Below are positions 29,530 through 39,183 of a stretch of DNA of 64,000 bases, in pieces. The DNA is taken from assembly GCA_964291315.2 (NCBI GenBank), contig OZ219750.1, positions 1 to 64,000 of the forward strand, written 5' to 3'. The position numbers and the translations under genes are program-made. The notes beneath the pieces are model-generated. The model saw only the letters and a program-made list of their open reading frames with translations. It did no database searches and was not told where the DNA came from. The stretch's first letter is position 1; each line of letters opens with the position of its first letter. The stretch comes from Candidatus Poribacteria bacterium. Lineage in GTDB: Bacteria; Poribacteria; WGA-4E; WGA-3G.

Positions 29530-31353
29530 ATGCACGACAACGAACATACGTCACATCATCACGAAGAAAGCTTTGTTAGCAAATATCTCTTTTCCCTCGA
29601 CCATAAGATGATCGGCAAACAGTTCCTTATTTATGGTTTGATTATGCTCTTCCTTGGTGGTGGGCTCGCCCTCCTCTTTAGGTGGCAACTCGCTTATCCG
29701 GAAAGACCTTTGCCCCTCATCGGTGCCTCGCAACAATATTTAGATGAAGGTGAAGTTATCACCTGGGCTGACAGAATGTGGGAAAACATTTATGATTCCG
29801 ACAAAGAGGAATGGCTCGAAGTCAATATGCCTAATGGTGTCATCGAACCCGCATTTTACAACATGCTGTTCACGATGCATGCCACTATTATGATATTTTT
29901 CGTGGTTGTTCCGATCTTAGTGGGAGCGTTCGGAAACTTCCTAATCCCGTTGATGATTGGTACCCGCGATATGGCGTTTCCCATTCTGAACATGCTCTCC
30001 TTCTGGCTTGCAGTACTTGCCGCGGTTATCATGACAATAGGTTTTTTTGTCCCCGGGGGGCACGCGGCAGCCGGATGGACTGGCTATGCCCCGCTTTCTG
30101 CCGATCCGCAATGGACAGGGGTCGAATGGGGACAAAACCTCTGGGCGATTAGTCTCTTTATTCAAGGATTTTCATCTCTCGTGGGGTCTATTAACTATAT
30201 CACGACCATCATCAACATGCGCGCCCCCGGAATGACGTTCTTCCGATTGCCCTTGGTCATTTGGTCGCTTTTCATCGTTGCGATCTTGTTACTCCTCGCT
30301 TTTCCTGTGTTATCGTCTGCGCTGGCCTTGCTCATCTTTGATAGGCTTGCCGGAACAACATTCTTTACAGCAACTCCGGAAGGTGGTGGCGACCCGCTCT
30401 TGTGGCAGCACCTCTTCTGGTTCTTCGGACACCCAGAGGTCTATATACTCATCTTGCCCGGCATGGGTATCGCTTCCGAGTTGATTGCTGTCTTTTCTCG
30501 GAAACCGATCTTCGGATACCGCTCTATGGTCTATGCGATGATCGCTATCGCCTTCTTGGGGTGGATCGTCTGGGGACATCACATGTTTCAGAGCGGAATG
30601 CGTCCTGGGCTCGGTTCTATATTTATGACAACAACGATGCTCATCGCCGTGCCGTCAGCCATCAAGACATTTAACTGGCTCGGTACCATGTACCGAGGCT
30701 CAATTCGATTTACAGCTCCGATGCTCCACAGTATCGCTTTTGTTTCAATGTTTGTGATTGGCGGGTTGAGCGGTATCTACATGGCAAATACGCCGGTTGA
30801 CATCTTCATCCACGATACCTATTACATTGTGGCGCATATTCATTATGTTGTATTCGGCGGAAGTCTGTTCGCCATTTTCGGCGGTATCATCTTCTGGTTC
30901 CCGAAAATGTATGGACGTTATATGAACGATACGTTATCCAAAATTCACTTCTGGTTGACTTTTGTTGCGTTCAACTGCACATTTTTCCCTATGCATATCC
31001 TTGGTGTCGGCGGACATATGCGCCGTATCTCCAACCCGTTGCAGTATGAATTCCTGCAGCAGTTCGAGGGGATGAACATCTTTATCACGATGAGTGCGTT
31101 CACCCTTGGTTTTGCACAATTGATACTCGTCTTTAACTTTTTCTGGAGCATATATCGTGGAAAAGTCGCAGAGCAGAATCCGTGGCAGGTAAATACGCTT
31201 GAGTGGGAAGCACCGACCCCGGTGCCACACGGCAATTTTGATCAGATTCCGACGGTCTACCGCGGGCCCTATGAATATAGCGTCCCCGGTGAAGAAAAGG
31301 ATTGGATTCCACAGGCACAACGTGAACATGCACCCGCGGCAAGTGGAGACTAG
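29530..31353 (+). CDS. coxA: Cytochrome c oxidase subunit I, A1 type
   Basis: DHKMIG, MHATIM, D-channel DMAFP, FFGHPEVY, WGHHM, K-channel PSAIK, AHIHY; SD AAGGAG before ATG 29530. Confidence 0.97.
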   Translation: MHDNEHTSHHHEESFVSKYLFSLDHKMIGKQFLIYGLIMLFLGGGLALLFRWQLAYPERPLPLIGASQQYLDEGEVITWADRMWENIYDSDKEEWLEVNMPNGVIEPAFYNMLFTMHATIMIFFVVVPILVGAFGNFLIPLMIGTRDMAFPILNMLSFWLAVLAAVIMTIGFFVPGGHAAAGWTGYAPLSADPQWTGVEWGQNLWAISLFIQGFSSLVGSINYITTIINMRAPGMTFFRLPLVIWSLFIVAILLLLAFPVLSSALALLIFDRLAGTTFFTATPEGGGDPLLWQHLFWFFGHPEVYILILPGMGIASELIAVFSRKPIFGYRSMVYAMIAIAFLGWIVWGHHMFQSGMRPGLGSIFMTTTMLIAVPSAIKTFNWLGTMYRGSIRFTAPMLHSIAFVSMFVIGGLSGIYMANTPVDIFIHDTYYIVAHIHYVVFGGSLFAIFGGIIFWFPKMYGRYMNDTLSKIHFWLTFVAFNCTFFPMHILGVGGHMRRISNPLQYEFLQQFEGMNIFITMSAFTLGFAQLILVFNFFWSIYRGKVAEQNPWQVNTLEWEAPTPVPHGNFDQIPTVYRGPYEYSVPGEEKDWIPQAQREHAPAASGD

Positions 31354-31438
31354 CGGAAAAATGGATGGAAGGTTGCGGAACGTTGCCTTCTACGCTTTCT
31401 AACCTTCTATCCTGTTTGTATTTTCGTGGAAATACGGT

Positions 31439-32374
31439 ATGAAGCAACGCGCTAATTATAGTCCCTGGCTCCATAGATTGGCACGGCTCACTACAGGTGC
31501 GACTTTTTTACTGATTGTCATCGGTGGTATCGTTACAAGCACCGACTCTGGATTAGCAGTTCCTGATTGGCCGACGACCTTCGGATATAATATGTTCCTC
31601 TATCCACTGTCTGAGATGGTAGGCGGCATTTTATATGAGCATAGCCATCGCCTCATGGGCTCTCTCGTTGGGCTCTTGACAGTCGGGCTCTTTGCTTTCA
31701 TATTGGCCAGGGATTCTCGTAGATGGCTGAAATGGTTGGGGCTCGCTGCACTTATCGCTGTCATTGTACAAGGCGTTCTCGGGGGACTTCGGGTCACCCA
31801 GATTAATCGCAATTTCGCCATCGTACATGCTTGTCTTGCCCAAGCATTTTTTGCGCTCCTTTGTGGCATTGTGTGGTTCACCTCTCGCGAGTGGCGGCAA
31901 GATAAGAGCGAAACGCCGATAGCAGCGGCACAGAAGTTGAGGCGGTTAAGCCTCATTACAACATGCCTTATCTATGTACAACTCATCTTCGGGGCAGTTT
32001 TACGACATACGGGCAGCAGACTTGATATGCATCTCATTTTCGCCTTCTTGGTCGCACTGCATATTTTCTTGCTAGTGAGACGGGTCCTTGCAACGGAGAA
32101 TACACCACTCGGAATTGGGCCGTCCATGCCGTTCTTCTTGCTCGGATTGCTTGCTGTACAGTTGCTGCTGGGCACAGGGGCATTTTTCGCAAAACTGACC
32201 CCTTTCGGTGAAACGTTCGCAGCCGGACTTACGGTAACAATCACCACAGCGCATGTCGCTGTCGGCGCACTGATGTTAGTTACCAGCTTTGTTCTTACAC
32301 TAAAGATTTTCAGATTTACTGATGCCTCTGACTCGATTGATGCGCCTGCAAATGGGGCATTCGTTACGGAATGA
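31439..32374 (+). CDS. ctaA: Haem A synthase (COX15/CtaA family)
   Basis: GGIVTSTDSGLAVPDWP, EHSHR, QGVLGGLRV, HACLAQ, GAVLRH. Confidence 0.9.
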   Translation: MKQRANYSPWLHRLARLTTGATFLLIVIGGIVTSTDSGLAVPDWPTTFGYNMFLYPLSEMVGGILYEHSHRLMGSLVGLLTVGLFAFILARDSRRWLKWLGLAALIAVIVQGVLGGLRVTQINRNFAIVHACLAQAFFALLCGIVWFTSREWRQDKSETPIAAAQKLRRLSLITTCLIYVQLIFGAVLRHTGSRLDMHLIFAFLVALHIFLLVRRVLATENTPLGIGPSMPFFLLGLLAVQLLLGTGAFFAKLTPFGETFAAGLTVTITTAHVAVGALMLVTSFVLTLKIFRFTDASDSIDAPANGAFVTE

Positions 32375-32384
32375 GATAACGTTT

Positions 32385-33308
32385 ATGCGTTCAACATCGG
32401 CAACCTTATCAGAGAATAGAAACACAGCAGACCCACCGGTGAAGCCTACGGACTTCGTGCAGCGGGCAGCTGACGTGATTGAACTGGTTAAACCGCGCTT
32501 AGTGGTGATGATACTCATTACCACGGCTGCCGGCTTCTATCTCGGGGCACGGACGGTGGATTGGCTTTTATGTCTCCATACGCTTATCGGGGCTGGATTG
32601 ACAGCAGCGGGGGTGTTGGGACTTAATCAGTATCTTGAACGTGGTGTAGATGCCCGGATGAAACGCACCCAGGAAAGACCGCTCCCTGACGGTAGAATGA
32701 AACCGTTGACTGCGCTGCTCGTTGCTGCTGCTCTTACAGGAAGTGGGATGCTTTATCTAACTTTTATTGTCAATATACTGAGCGGTTTCGTCATTTCACT
32801 GATAGTTGTGAGTTATCTGTTTATCTATACACCGCTCAAGCGGAAAACCTCCCTGTGTACGCTCATCGGAGCAGTACCGGGTGCTCTTCCTCCTGTTGTT
32901 GGATGGGCTGCAGCACGAGGTTCACTGACAAGCGAAGCATGGGTGCTGTTTACGATACTCTTTTTGTGGCAGCTGCCGCATTCGCTTGCGATCGCCTATC
33001 TCTATCGCGAAGACTATGCAAAAGCAGGATTTCAGCTGTTGCCGGTTATACACCCGGATGGTGCCAGCACATGCCGACAAATTGTAATTAATTGTATTGC
33101 CCTCCTCGGAATCGGACTGCTGCCTGCGTTATACAATATGGCGGGTAGCGTCTACTTCTTCATTGCACTAGTATCTGGTTCGGCATTTCTGGGAGTCGGT
33201 ATCTATTTGGCACGCACGCGTTCGGTGAAAGCTGCACGCTACCTGTTATACGCATCATTGGTCTATCTACCGTTGGTATTTATCACAATGGCATTGGATA
33301 AAATTTAA
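32385..33308 (+). CDS. ctaB: Protohaem IX farnesyltransferase (haem O synthase)
   Basis: LVKPRLV, NQYLERGVDARMKRTQERPLP, YTPLKR, WQLPH; start uncertain (ORF track 32322). Confidence 0.95.
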   Translation: MRSTSATLSENRNTADPPVKPTDFVQRAADVIELVKPRLVVMILITTAAGFYLGARTVDWLLCLHTLIGAGLTAAGVLGLNQYLERGVDARMKRTQERPLPDGRMKPLTALLVAAALTGSGMLYLTFIVNILSGFVISLIVVSYLFIYTPLKRKTSLCTLIGAVPGALPPVVGWAAARGSLTSEAWVLFTILFLWQLPHSLAIAYLYREDYAKAGFQLLPVIHPDGASTCRQIVINCIALLGIGLLPALYNMAGSVYFFIALVSGSAFLGVGIYLARTRSVKAARYLLYASLVYLPLVFITMALDKI

Positions 33309-33321
33309 GAACGGGCATGAA

Positions 33322-33573
33322 ATGACCTTATTTCAAACCTTTTTCTCATTCAAAGGTCGAATTAACCGTAAAAAATGGTAGCTAGGAAAGTTGGCGGCTT
33401 CGGTTTTGATACGTATCCCCGGCGGTGTTTTGGCAGCAATAGATGGGAATTTGGAAGAATTAGAATCTATTATGTCTTTAATCTTGTATGGGTTAGTGTT
33501 AGGGTTTGCCCCTTTGCTTTTCTATCTAATAGAAAAGAATTTTGGTGAAGCCCTTTGGGGACAACCTACAAAT
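33322..33573 (+). pseudogene. Degenerate duplicate of the DUF805 gene 5' end
   Basis: MTLFQTFFSFKGRINRKKW*LGKLAASVLI, near-identical at DNA level to 33574 onward but TGG->TAG at 33379-33381. Confidence 0.75.
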
Positions 33574-33951
33574 ATGAAGGTTTGCCTCAAAATCTTGTTC
33601 TCATTTCAAGGTCGAATTAACCGTAAAAAATGGTGGTTAGGAAAGTTGGCGGCTTCGGTTTTGATATTTATCGCTGGTGTTGTTTTGGCAGCAACAGATT
33701 GGGATGCAGCTTCGGAAACATTATCTTTTATCCACATTCATATTTTCTTTTTTCCTATTTTCATTCTTTGTTGGTGTGCCCATTGGGCGCTAGACGTAAA
33801 ACGCTGGCATGACCGAGACAAATTAGGTTGGTGGGCACTCATTGGATTGATCCCGATTATTGGTAGTACCTGGATACTTATCGAATTAGGATTTTGCAGA
33901 GGAACAGACGGGCGAAATTGTTTTGGACCTGATCCATTGGAGTATTCATGA
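33574..33951 (+). CDS. DUF805 inner membrane protein
   Basis: FSFQGRINRKKWW, VKRWHDRDKLGWW, GTDGRNCFGPDP. Confidence 0.88.
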   Translation: MKVCLKILFSFQGRINRKKWWLGKLAASVLIFIAGVVLAATDWDAASETLSFIHIHIFFFPIFILCWCAHWALDVKRWHDRDKLGWWALIGLIPIIGSTWILIELGFCRGTDGRNCFGPDPLEYS

Positions 33952-34202
33952 ACGCACCGGAGCATCGCAAGCGAAATCGTCGCCTCGGACTTATCTTATG
34001 TCTGCTATTTGTGGGTCTGTTTATTGTCGCAACGTCGGCAATTATTACGGGTAGCAAAGTGCCTCCCGGGGTTGAAGAGGCGATAGATAGCGTTCGCACG
34101 CCTGTTCTGGGCATGATCGGTTTGCTGTTGGTTATTGTGGCGGCTATTGAGATTGTCCATCGCATTGTAAAAAGTCGAGTACGTAAAGATGGTGCAGAAT
34201 AA
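33948..34202 (+). CDS. Small two-TM hypothetical protein
   Basis: Two hydrophobic helices; overlaps both neighbours, suggesting translational coupling. Confidence 0.6.
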   Translation: MNAPEHRKRNRRLGLILCLLFVGLFIVATSAIITGSKVPPGVEEAIDSVRTPVLGMIGLLLVIVAAIEIVHRIVKSRVRKDGAE

Positions 34203-34779
34203 CACAGGAATTCGTGAACGTCCCCCTTTGAATAATGCACGATTGGGCGTATTAGTCCTACTCGGTGCGGAGACAATGTTGTTCTCGGGGCTCATCGGGA
34301 CATTTCTGGTGTTTCGGGTCGGAAATGTTACCTGGCCTCCGCCGTCGCATCTCGGAATTGAGCTTCCACGCGTTGTAACTGGCATCAATACCATGTTGCT
34401 TCTACTGAGCGGTTATACAATGTTACAAGCGCACCGTGCGATTCGCGAAGACAGGGTGAAACAGCTTCGCAGTTGGTTATTGGTCACGGGGATGCTTGGG
34501 TTTCTCTTTCTTGGTGTTCAAGGAAGCGAATGGGTGCAACTCATTCGCAATGGGCTCACGCTCCAATCGGGCGTGTATGGCGGTATCTTCTATGTCCTCA
34601 TTGGATGCCATGCCGTTCATGTATTGACTGCTGTTATATGGCTCTTTATAGTCTTCGGTATGGCAGTGGCGGGGCGTTTTTCTGCTGAGGGCTATATCGG
34701 GGTTGATACCTGTACAATCTACTGGATTTTTGTTGTTGCTCTGTGGCCAATTCTGTATGTGTTGGTATATCTTTTGTAA
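34189..34779 (+). CDS. coxC: Cytochrome c oxidase subunit III-like (copy 1)
   Basis: ETMLFSGL, NTMLLLLSG, GCHAVHV, YWIFV. Confidence 0.88.
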   Translation: MVQNNTGIRERPPLNNARLGVLVLLGAETMLFSGLIGTFLVFRVGNVTWPPPSHLGIELPRVVTGINTMLLLLSGYTMLQAHRAIREDRVKQLRSWLLVTGMLGFLFLGVQGSEWVQLIRNGLTLQSGVYGGIFYVLIGCHAVHVLTAVIWLFIVFGMAVAGRFSAEGYIGVDTCTIYWIFVVALWPILYVLVYLL

Positions 34780-34802
34780 ACATCATGAGGAGGAATCGTA
34801 AA

Positions 34803-35111
34803 ATGCCAAGATCATTTTGGTACAGCTTGCGAGTCAAAACTTGTTACGCAACTGTACTATGGACTTCGATCTGGATACTCGTCTTGCTTATCGTCCCGGT
34901 ATCTCTTGAGGCATGTCCGGGCTGTAAAGAGCTTGATGATCCTATCAATAAAGGTTTTAATTGGAGTATCCTTTTTATGATGGCAATGCCGTTTGCGGTT
35001 TTCAGTCTTGTGGGCGGCACAATTTTTTTACATTGGAACGGTTATCGGTTATCGGTCATTGGGGGTCAGTTGAAGAAAGGTTTTCTGCGCATCAGAAATT
35101 TTCGTAACTGA
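34803..35111 (+). CDS. Small membrane protein with a CxxC (ACPGC) motif
   Basis: SD AGGAGG before ATG 34803; signal/TM, ACPGCK, GFNWSILFMMAMPF TM. Confidence 0.65.
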   Translation: MPRSFWYSLRVKTCYATVLWTSIWILVLLIVPVSLEACPGCKELDDPINKGFNWSILFMMAMPFAVFSLVGGTIFLHWNGYRLSVIGGQLKKGFLRIRNFRN

Positions 35112-35133
35112 TGTCTAACAAGAAATAAAGGAG

Positions 35134-35793
35134 TTGAATATAGTGGAACACGCTACCACTTTAGATCATACGGAAGACGTATACGAACCTTCGCTTACGC
35201 CGGACAGCATGGGCAAACTCGGCATGTGGATTTTTCTCGTCGGGGATACGATGTCGTTTGGTGCATTGTTGGCGGCTTATGCGGCGCTTCGGGCAGGTGC
35301 CGGTGTCATCGGATGGGTTCCACCCAATGCGATCCTCGGCATTGAGCTAACAGCGTTTATGACGTTTCTATTGATATGCAGCAGTGTCACGATGGTAAAA
35401 GCATTGGAGTCCATTCAGAACGGTAATGTTTCGCGTATGTGTACCTTCTTGGCGTTAACAATCGCAGGAGGGGTGATATTTCTCGGACTACAGGTTTATG
35501 AATGGTATCAGCTGATTGATCACGGATTGACACTTACAAGTATTCCTGATAAAGGATTATCAGATGAAGCAATTAGTGGGTCAACGCTTTTTGGTCCTAC
35601 TTTCTACACCATCACAGGTTTTCATGGGCTGCACGTAACTGGTGGAGTCATTTATCTTGCAGTTATCTTGATACACGGCTTACGCGGCAGGTATACGGCT
35701 GAGTTTAACCATGAAGTCGAAATCGTTGGGCTCTATTGGCACTTTGTTGACCTTATCTGGATTATGGTCTTCACTTTCATCTACCTATTGTAG
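35134..35793 (+). CDS. coxC: Cytochrome c oxidase subunit III-like (copy 2)
   Basis: KLGMWIFL, TFLLICSSVTM, TGFHGLHV, GLYWHFVDLIW. Confidence 0.92.
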   Translation: MNIVEHATTLDHTEDVYEPSLTPDSMGKLGMWIFLVGDTMSFGALLAAYAALRAGAGVIGWVPPNAILGIELTAFMTFLLICSSVTMVKALESIQNGNVSRMCTFLALTIAGGVIFLGLQVYEWYQLIDHGLTLTSIPDKGLSDEAISGSTLFGPTFYTITGFHGLHVTGGVIYLAVILIHGLRGRYTAEFNHEVEIVGLYWHFVDLIWIMVFTFIYLL

Positions 35794-35805
35794 GAGGAGA
35801 TAAAA

Positions 35806-36141
35806 ATGGCGCAGGATGGACACAAAGAACATCCAAAATACATGAATATTTTCTGGTGGCTGCTGGGGCTCACCGTTGCTGAGGTGGTTGCTGTAATGCC
35901 TGATTACGCTACTGTCCTGAAGGCTATATTGCTTATCGGGTTTGCATGTGCGAAGGCGATCTTGGTTGCGAATTATTTTATGCATCTGAAATTTGAAAAG
36001 AAAATATTGGCGGTTATCGTGGTAACGCCTTTCCTTATCTGTGTGCTTCTTGTTTTGGCGTTGATGCCGGATCTCACCTCAGATGCACGACACGAAGGGA
36101 TAGAGAGACCTGCGGAAGTCGTTGATACATCGGTTCACTAA
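35806..36141 (+). CDS. Cytochrome c oxidase subunit IV (prokaryotic COX4)
   Basis: LTVAEV, AKAILVANYFMHLKFE. Confidence 0.9.
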   Translation: MAQDGHKEHPKYMNIFWWLLGLTVAEVVAVMPDYATVLKAILLIGFACAKAILVANYFMHLKFEKKILAVIVVTPFLICVLLVLALMPDLTSDARHEGIERPAEVVDTSVH

Positions 36142-36143
36142 TT

Positions 36144-36785
36144 ATGGAAGTACAAACCAGCGATGCGAATGAAGTTAAACGGAAACTTGACAAAAGTACG
36201 CTCATCTGGGTGATGCTCGGTGTTATTATTGTTAGTGTTGCAGGTATTAATTTATGGTCAGCGTTTGACACAAAACAAGATGTGACGGCGGTCGAAGAAA
36301 CACCTGTTAGCGTACCAGACTTTAGCCTCACTGACCAGCGCGGAGAACCTTTGACCCTGGCTGATATGGTTGGGAAAGTCTGGATTGCCGATTTTATCTT
36401 TACCCATTGTGCAACAATTTGTCCTGCGATGACACAGGAAATGGTACGCCTCCAATCCGAGTTTGTTGGGGAACCTGTCTATTTCGTCTCCTTCTCTGTG
36501 GACCCTGAGCGTGATACTGTGGAGGTGCTCTCGCGCTATGCCAGAGCATACGGTGCTGATGATAGACGCTGGCGCTTTCTCACTGGCGAGAAGGAGGATA
36601 TTCATACATTAGCAAAAGAAGGTTTTAGCTTGGCCTCCGGGCATAAAGGAGGTGAAATCTTACATAGTAGGCGGTTTGTACTCGTAAGCTCGGATGGACA
36701 CATCTATGGCCGCTACGATAGCCGTAGCAAACCGGCGATGTTACGCCTACGGCGTGATGTTAACACGCTCCTCGGTAAAGGATAG
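36144..36785 (+). CDS. SCO1/SenC copper chaperone
   Basis: FTHCATICP (CxxxC), SVDPERDT, ILHS. Confidence 0.93.
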   Translation: MEVQTSDANEVKRKLDKSTLIWVMLGVIIVSVAGINLWSAFDTKQDVTAVEETPVSVPDFSLTDQRGEPLTLADMVGKVWIADFIFTHCATICPAMTQEMVRLQSEFVGEPVYFVSFSVDPERDTVEVLSRYARAYGADDRRWRFLTGEKEDIHTLAKEGFSLASGHKGGEILHSRRFVLVSSDGHIYGRYDSRSKPAMLRLRRDVNTLLGKG

Positions 36786-36787
36786 AC

Positions 36788-37051
36788 GTGAGCTTCATAA
36801 TTTCTGTTGCTGCTTTTTTCGTACATTTCCCGTTCGGTTTTTTTCGCGTCCGTTTCAAGAAATTAAGTCGCCCGTGGAGTCGGTGTATTTACATTCCAAT
36901 CGTGATCAATATTGTCGTTCGTCGTTTTGTTCTTGATTGGGGGTGGCAAATGTCCATGGTTTATCTATGGCCGGCAACGTTGATTGCTCATGTGCTTGGT
37001 GGTTTTCTCGGCACTCGGTATAAAAAACCCAAAGATTCAGAAGGAGATTGA
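36788..37051 (+). CDS. Small hypothetical membrane protein
   Basis: Three hydrophobic segments; fills the gap between SCO and the USP gene. Confidence 0.55.
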   Translation: MSFIISVAAFFVHFPFGFFRVRFKKLSRPWSRCIYIPIVINIVVRRFVLDWGWQMSMVYLWPATLIAHVLGGFLGTRYKKPKDSEGD

Positions 37052-37080
37052 GTTCTTTTCTCCTAATTCTAAAATAAAAA

Positions 37081-38994
37081 ATGAGGAAAAAGATGATCAA
37101 GAAAATTTACGTCCCTGTTGACAATTCGGACTACTCGGATGCCAGTATCGGTTTAGCCGTTGAGCTCGCCAGGAAGTTTGGATCCCAATTGGTGGGTTCA
37201 CACGTTTACGCCGCGAAAATGCACGATGTTCGTTTTAAACAGATGGAATACACATTACCGGAGGAGTACCAGGATGAAGTTGAACTCGAAAAACAGCGCC
37301 GAATTCACGATACACTCATCACCATGGGATTGCAGCTGATCTCTGATTCTTATTTGGAGGTTATGAAGCAGAAGTGCAGTGAATTTGAAATCCCGTTTGA
37401 GGCGAAGATGCCCGAAGGCAAGCACTATATCAAACTCGTTGAAGACATCAAGGCAAACGATTATGATTTCGTAATTATGGGGGCTCTGGGTATGGGGGCG
37501 GTCAAGGATAGCCTCATTGGTGGTGTCTGTGAGCGAGTCGTCCGGCGTATTAATACCGATACACTTGTTGTCCGCGATCTCGGTCCCCTTGAATCACATG
37601 ATGGAAATATCCTTGTAGGTATTGATGGAAGTCCTGAATCTTTCTCAGGTTTGAAAACGGCTATCCAGCTCGGAAAGATGTTCAACAAACGGGTGGAAGC
37701 TGTAGGTGTCTATGATCCTTATCTCCACTATATCGTTTTTAATTCCGTCGTCAATGTACTTACGGAACGTGCAGCGCGTACCTTCAGGTTTAAAGAACAG
37801 GAGCAGCTTCACGAAGAGGTGATTGATACGGGGTTGGCGAAAATCTATCAATCCCATCTGGAGGTGGCGCGGTCGATCGCAAAAGAAGATCACGACTACT
37901 CGTTAAAAATTACGCTACTTGATGGAAAAGCCTACGAAAAGATTTTACAATACGTCCGCAAGACAAATCCTTGGCTTCTGGTCTTGGGAAGGATTGGTGT
38001 TCACTGTGAAGAGGATGCGGACATCGGTAGCACCGCTGAGAACCTGTTACGCCTTGCGCCTTGTAACCTCCTATTAGTCAGTCAACGCTATTTTCCACAG
38101 GTTGATGTAAAGGCCGAGGAAACACTCGTCTGGACGCAAGAAGCGTTGGATAGAATGGAGAAAGCCCCGCCTTTGGTCCGTGGCATAGCTAAAACAGCCG
38201 TTCATAGATTTGCTATAGAACGTGGACATTCCGTCATTACTGAGAGCGTTATTGACATGGCGATGGAGGCGATTATGCCACAGCGGGCATCTGAGCGCCT
38301 GACTCGCGTTGCAAAAGAGATTGCAGAGCAGGAGGTACTTGCGTCGGATGCTGTCCAAACCTACATCTGTGGTGAATGTGGTTACGCTGCACACAACCAG
38401 CAGCCCGTGCAGTGTCCTGTCTGTGGTACAGCGCCGGAACGTTTCCAGATGGTGGATAAAAGTTCTCTCCAAAATATTGCTATAGACGAAGGGGGCACTG
38501 CACAAGAAGAGACGTTTGATGGGGTGCGGCTCCACTGGTCAGAGCAGTCGAAAAAAGCACTCCGGCGGGTTCCGCGCGGTTATATGCGCAGGAACGTCAA
38601 GGCACGGATCGAAAAATCCGCACGTTCCCAAAAAATTGGAACGATCACCAATGATTTCGTAACCGAGATTATTAACGAAAGCATGGGTGAAGCCGCGGCG
38701 GTTCGTGAAGATGCCTCCGAACTCAGAGCAGTACGAACACGAGCTACGAATGCCGAAAGCAGTGCTGAAGTCCGGCAAGGTTTCGAAAGCCCATTACAAT
38801 GGACTCAGGAAGCTATTGATCGTTTGAACCTTGTTCCTGCTGGATTCATGCGGAATATTACTCAAGCTCGGATTGAACAGCGGGCACAAGAGAACAATTT
38901 TACCGAAGTTACGCTCGATTTTGCCGCTCGTGTCATTGAAGACGGCAGAAGCCTTGCTAATGAAGTGCTTGGCCAGTACTATCAACAGTCTTAA
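37081..38994 (+). CDS. Tandem universal stress protein domains + three PCP_red-like domains + rubredoxin-like domain
   Basis: KIYVPVDNS...GGVCERVVR and ILVGIDGS...GSTAENLLR (USP); WTQEALDRMEKAP, WSEQSKKALRRVP, WTQEAIDRLNLVP (PCP_red); CGECG...CPVCG. Confidence 0.85.
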   Translation: MRKKMIKKIYVPVDNSDYSDASIGLAVELARKFGSQLVGSHVYAAKMHDVRFKQMEYTLPEEYQDEVELEKQRRIHDTLITMGLQLISDSYLEVMKQKCSEFEIPFEAKMPEGKHYIKLVEDIKANDYDFVIMGALGMGAVKDSLIGGVCERVVRRINTDTLVVRDLGPLESHDGNILVGIDGSPESFSGLKTAIQLGKMFNKRVEAVGVYDPYLHYIVFNSVVNVLTERAARTFRFKEQEQLHEEVIDTGLAKIYQSHLEVARSIAKEDHDYSLKITLLDGKAYEKILQYVRKTNPWLLVLGRIGVHCEEDADIGSTAENLLRLAPCNLLLVSQRYFPQVDVKAEETLVWTQEALDRMEKAPPLVRGIAKTAVHRFAIERGHSVITESVIDMAMEAIMPQRASERLTRVAKEIAEQEVLASDAVQTYICGECGYAAHNQQPVQCPVCGTAPERFQMVDKSSLQNIAIDEGGTAQEETFDGVRLHWSEQSKKALRRVPRGYMRRNVKARIEKSARSQKIGTITNDFVTEIINESMGEAAAVREDASELRAVRTRATNAESSAEVRQGFESPLQWTQEAIDRLNLVPAGFMRNITQARIEQRAQENNFTEVTLDFAARVIEDGRSLANEVLGQYYQQS

Positions 38995-39183
38995 GAATAA
39001 GCACTCATCATTCATCTGTTAGAAAATACCGATCCGGACTATTTTCATGCAATGATAATGCTAAAGAATTAATCGGGCGCAGTGGCAAGGTCATAATAGC
39101 GATTTATGAATAGACGAAAGTGGCTGAAACTTCACAGACGCGTGAGGTTGCAACGGTATCGACTGAAAAAACGGAGGGGTATC

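Noticed and set aside
31-33381. Amber (TAG) recoding suggested by in-frame TAGs at 31, 13439 and 33379
   Set aside because: Many intact genes (coxA, coxB, bd-like, SCO, dop) end at TAG at their expected C-termini; no pyl genes or suppressor tRNA are seen; 33379 is a simple TGG->TAG in a redundant copy
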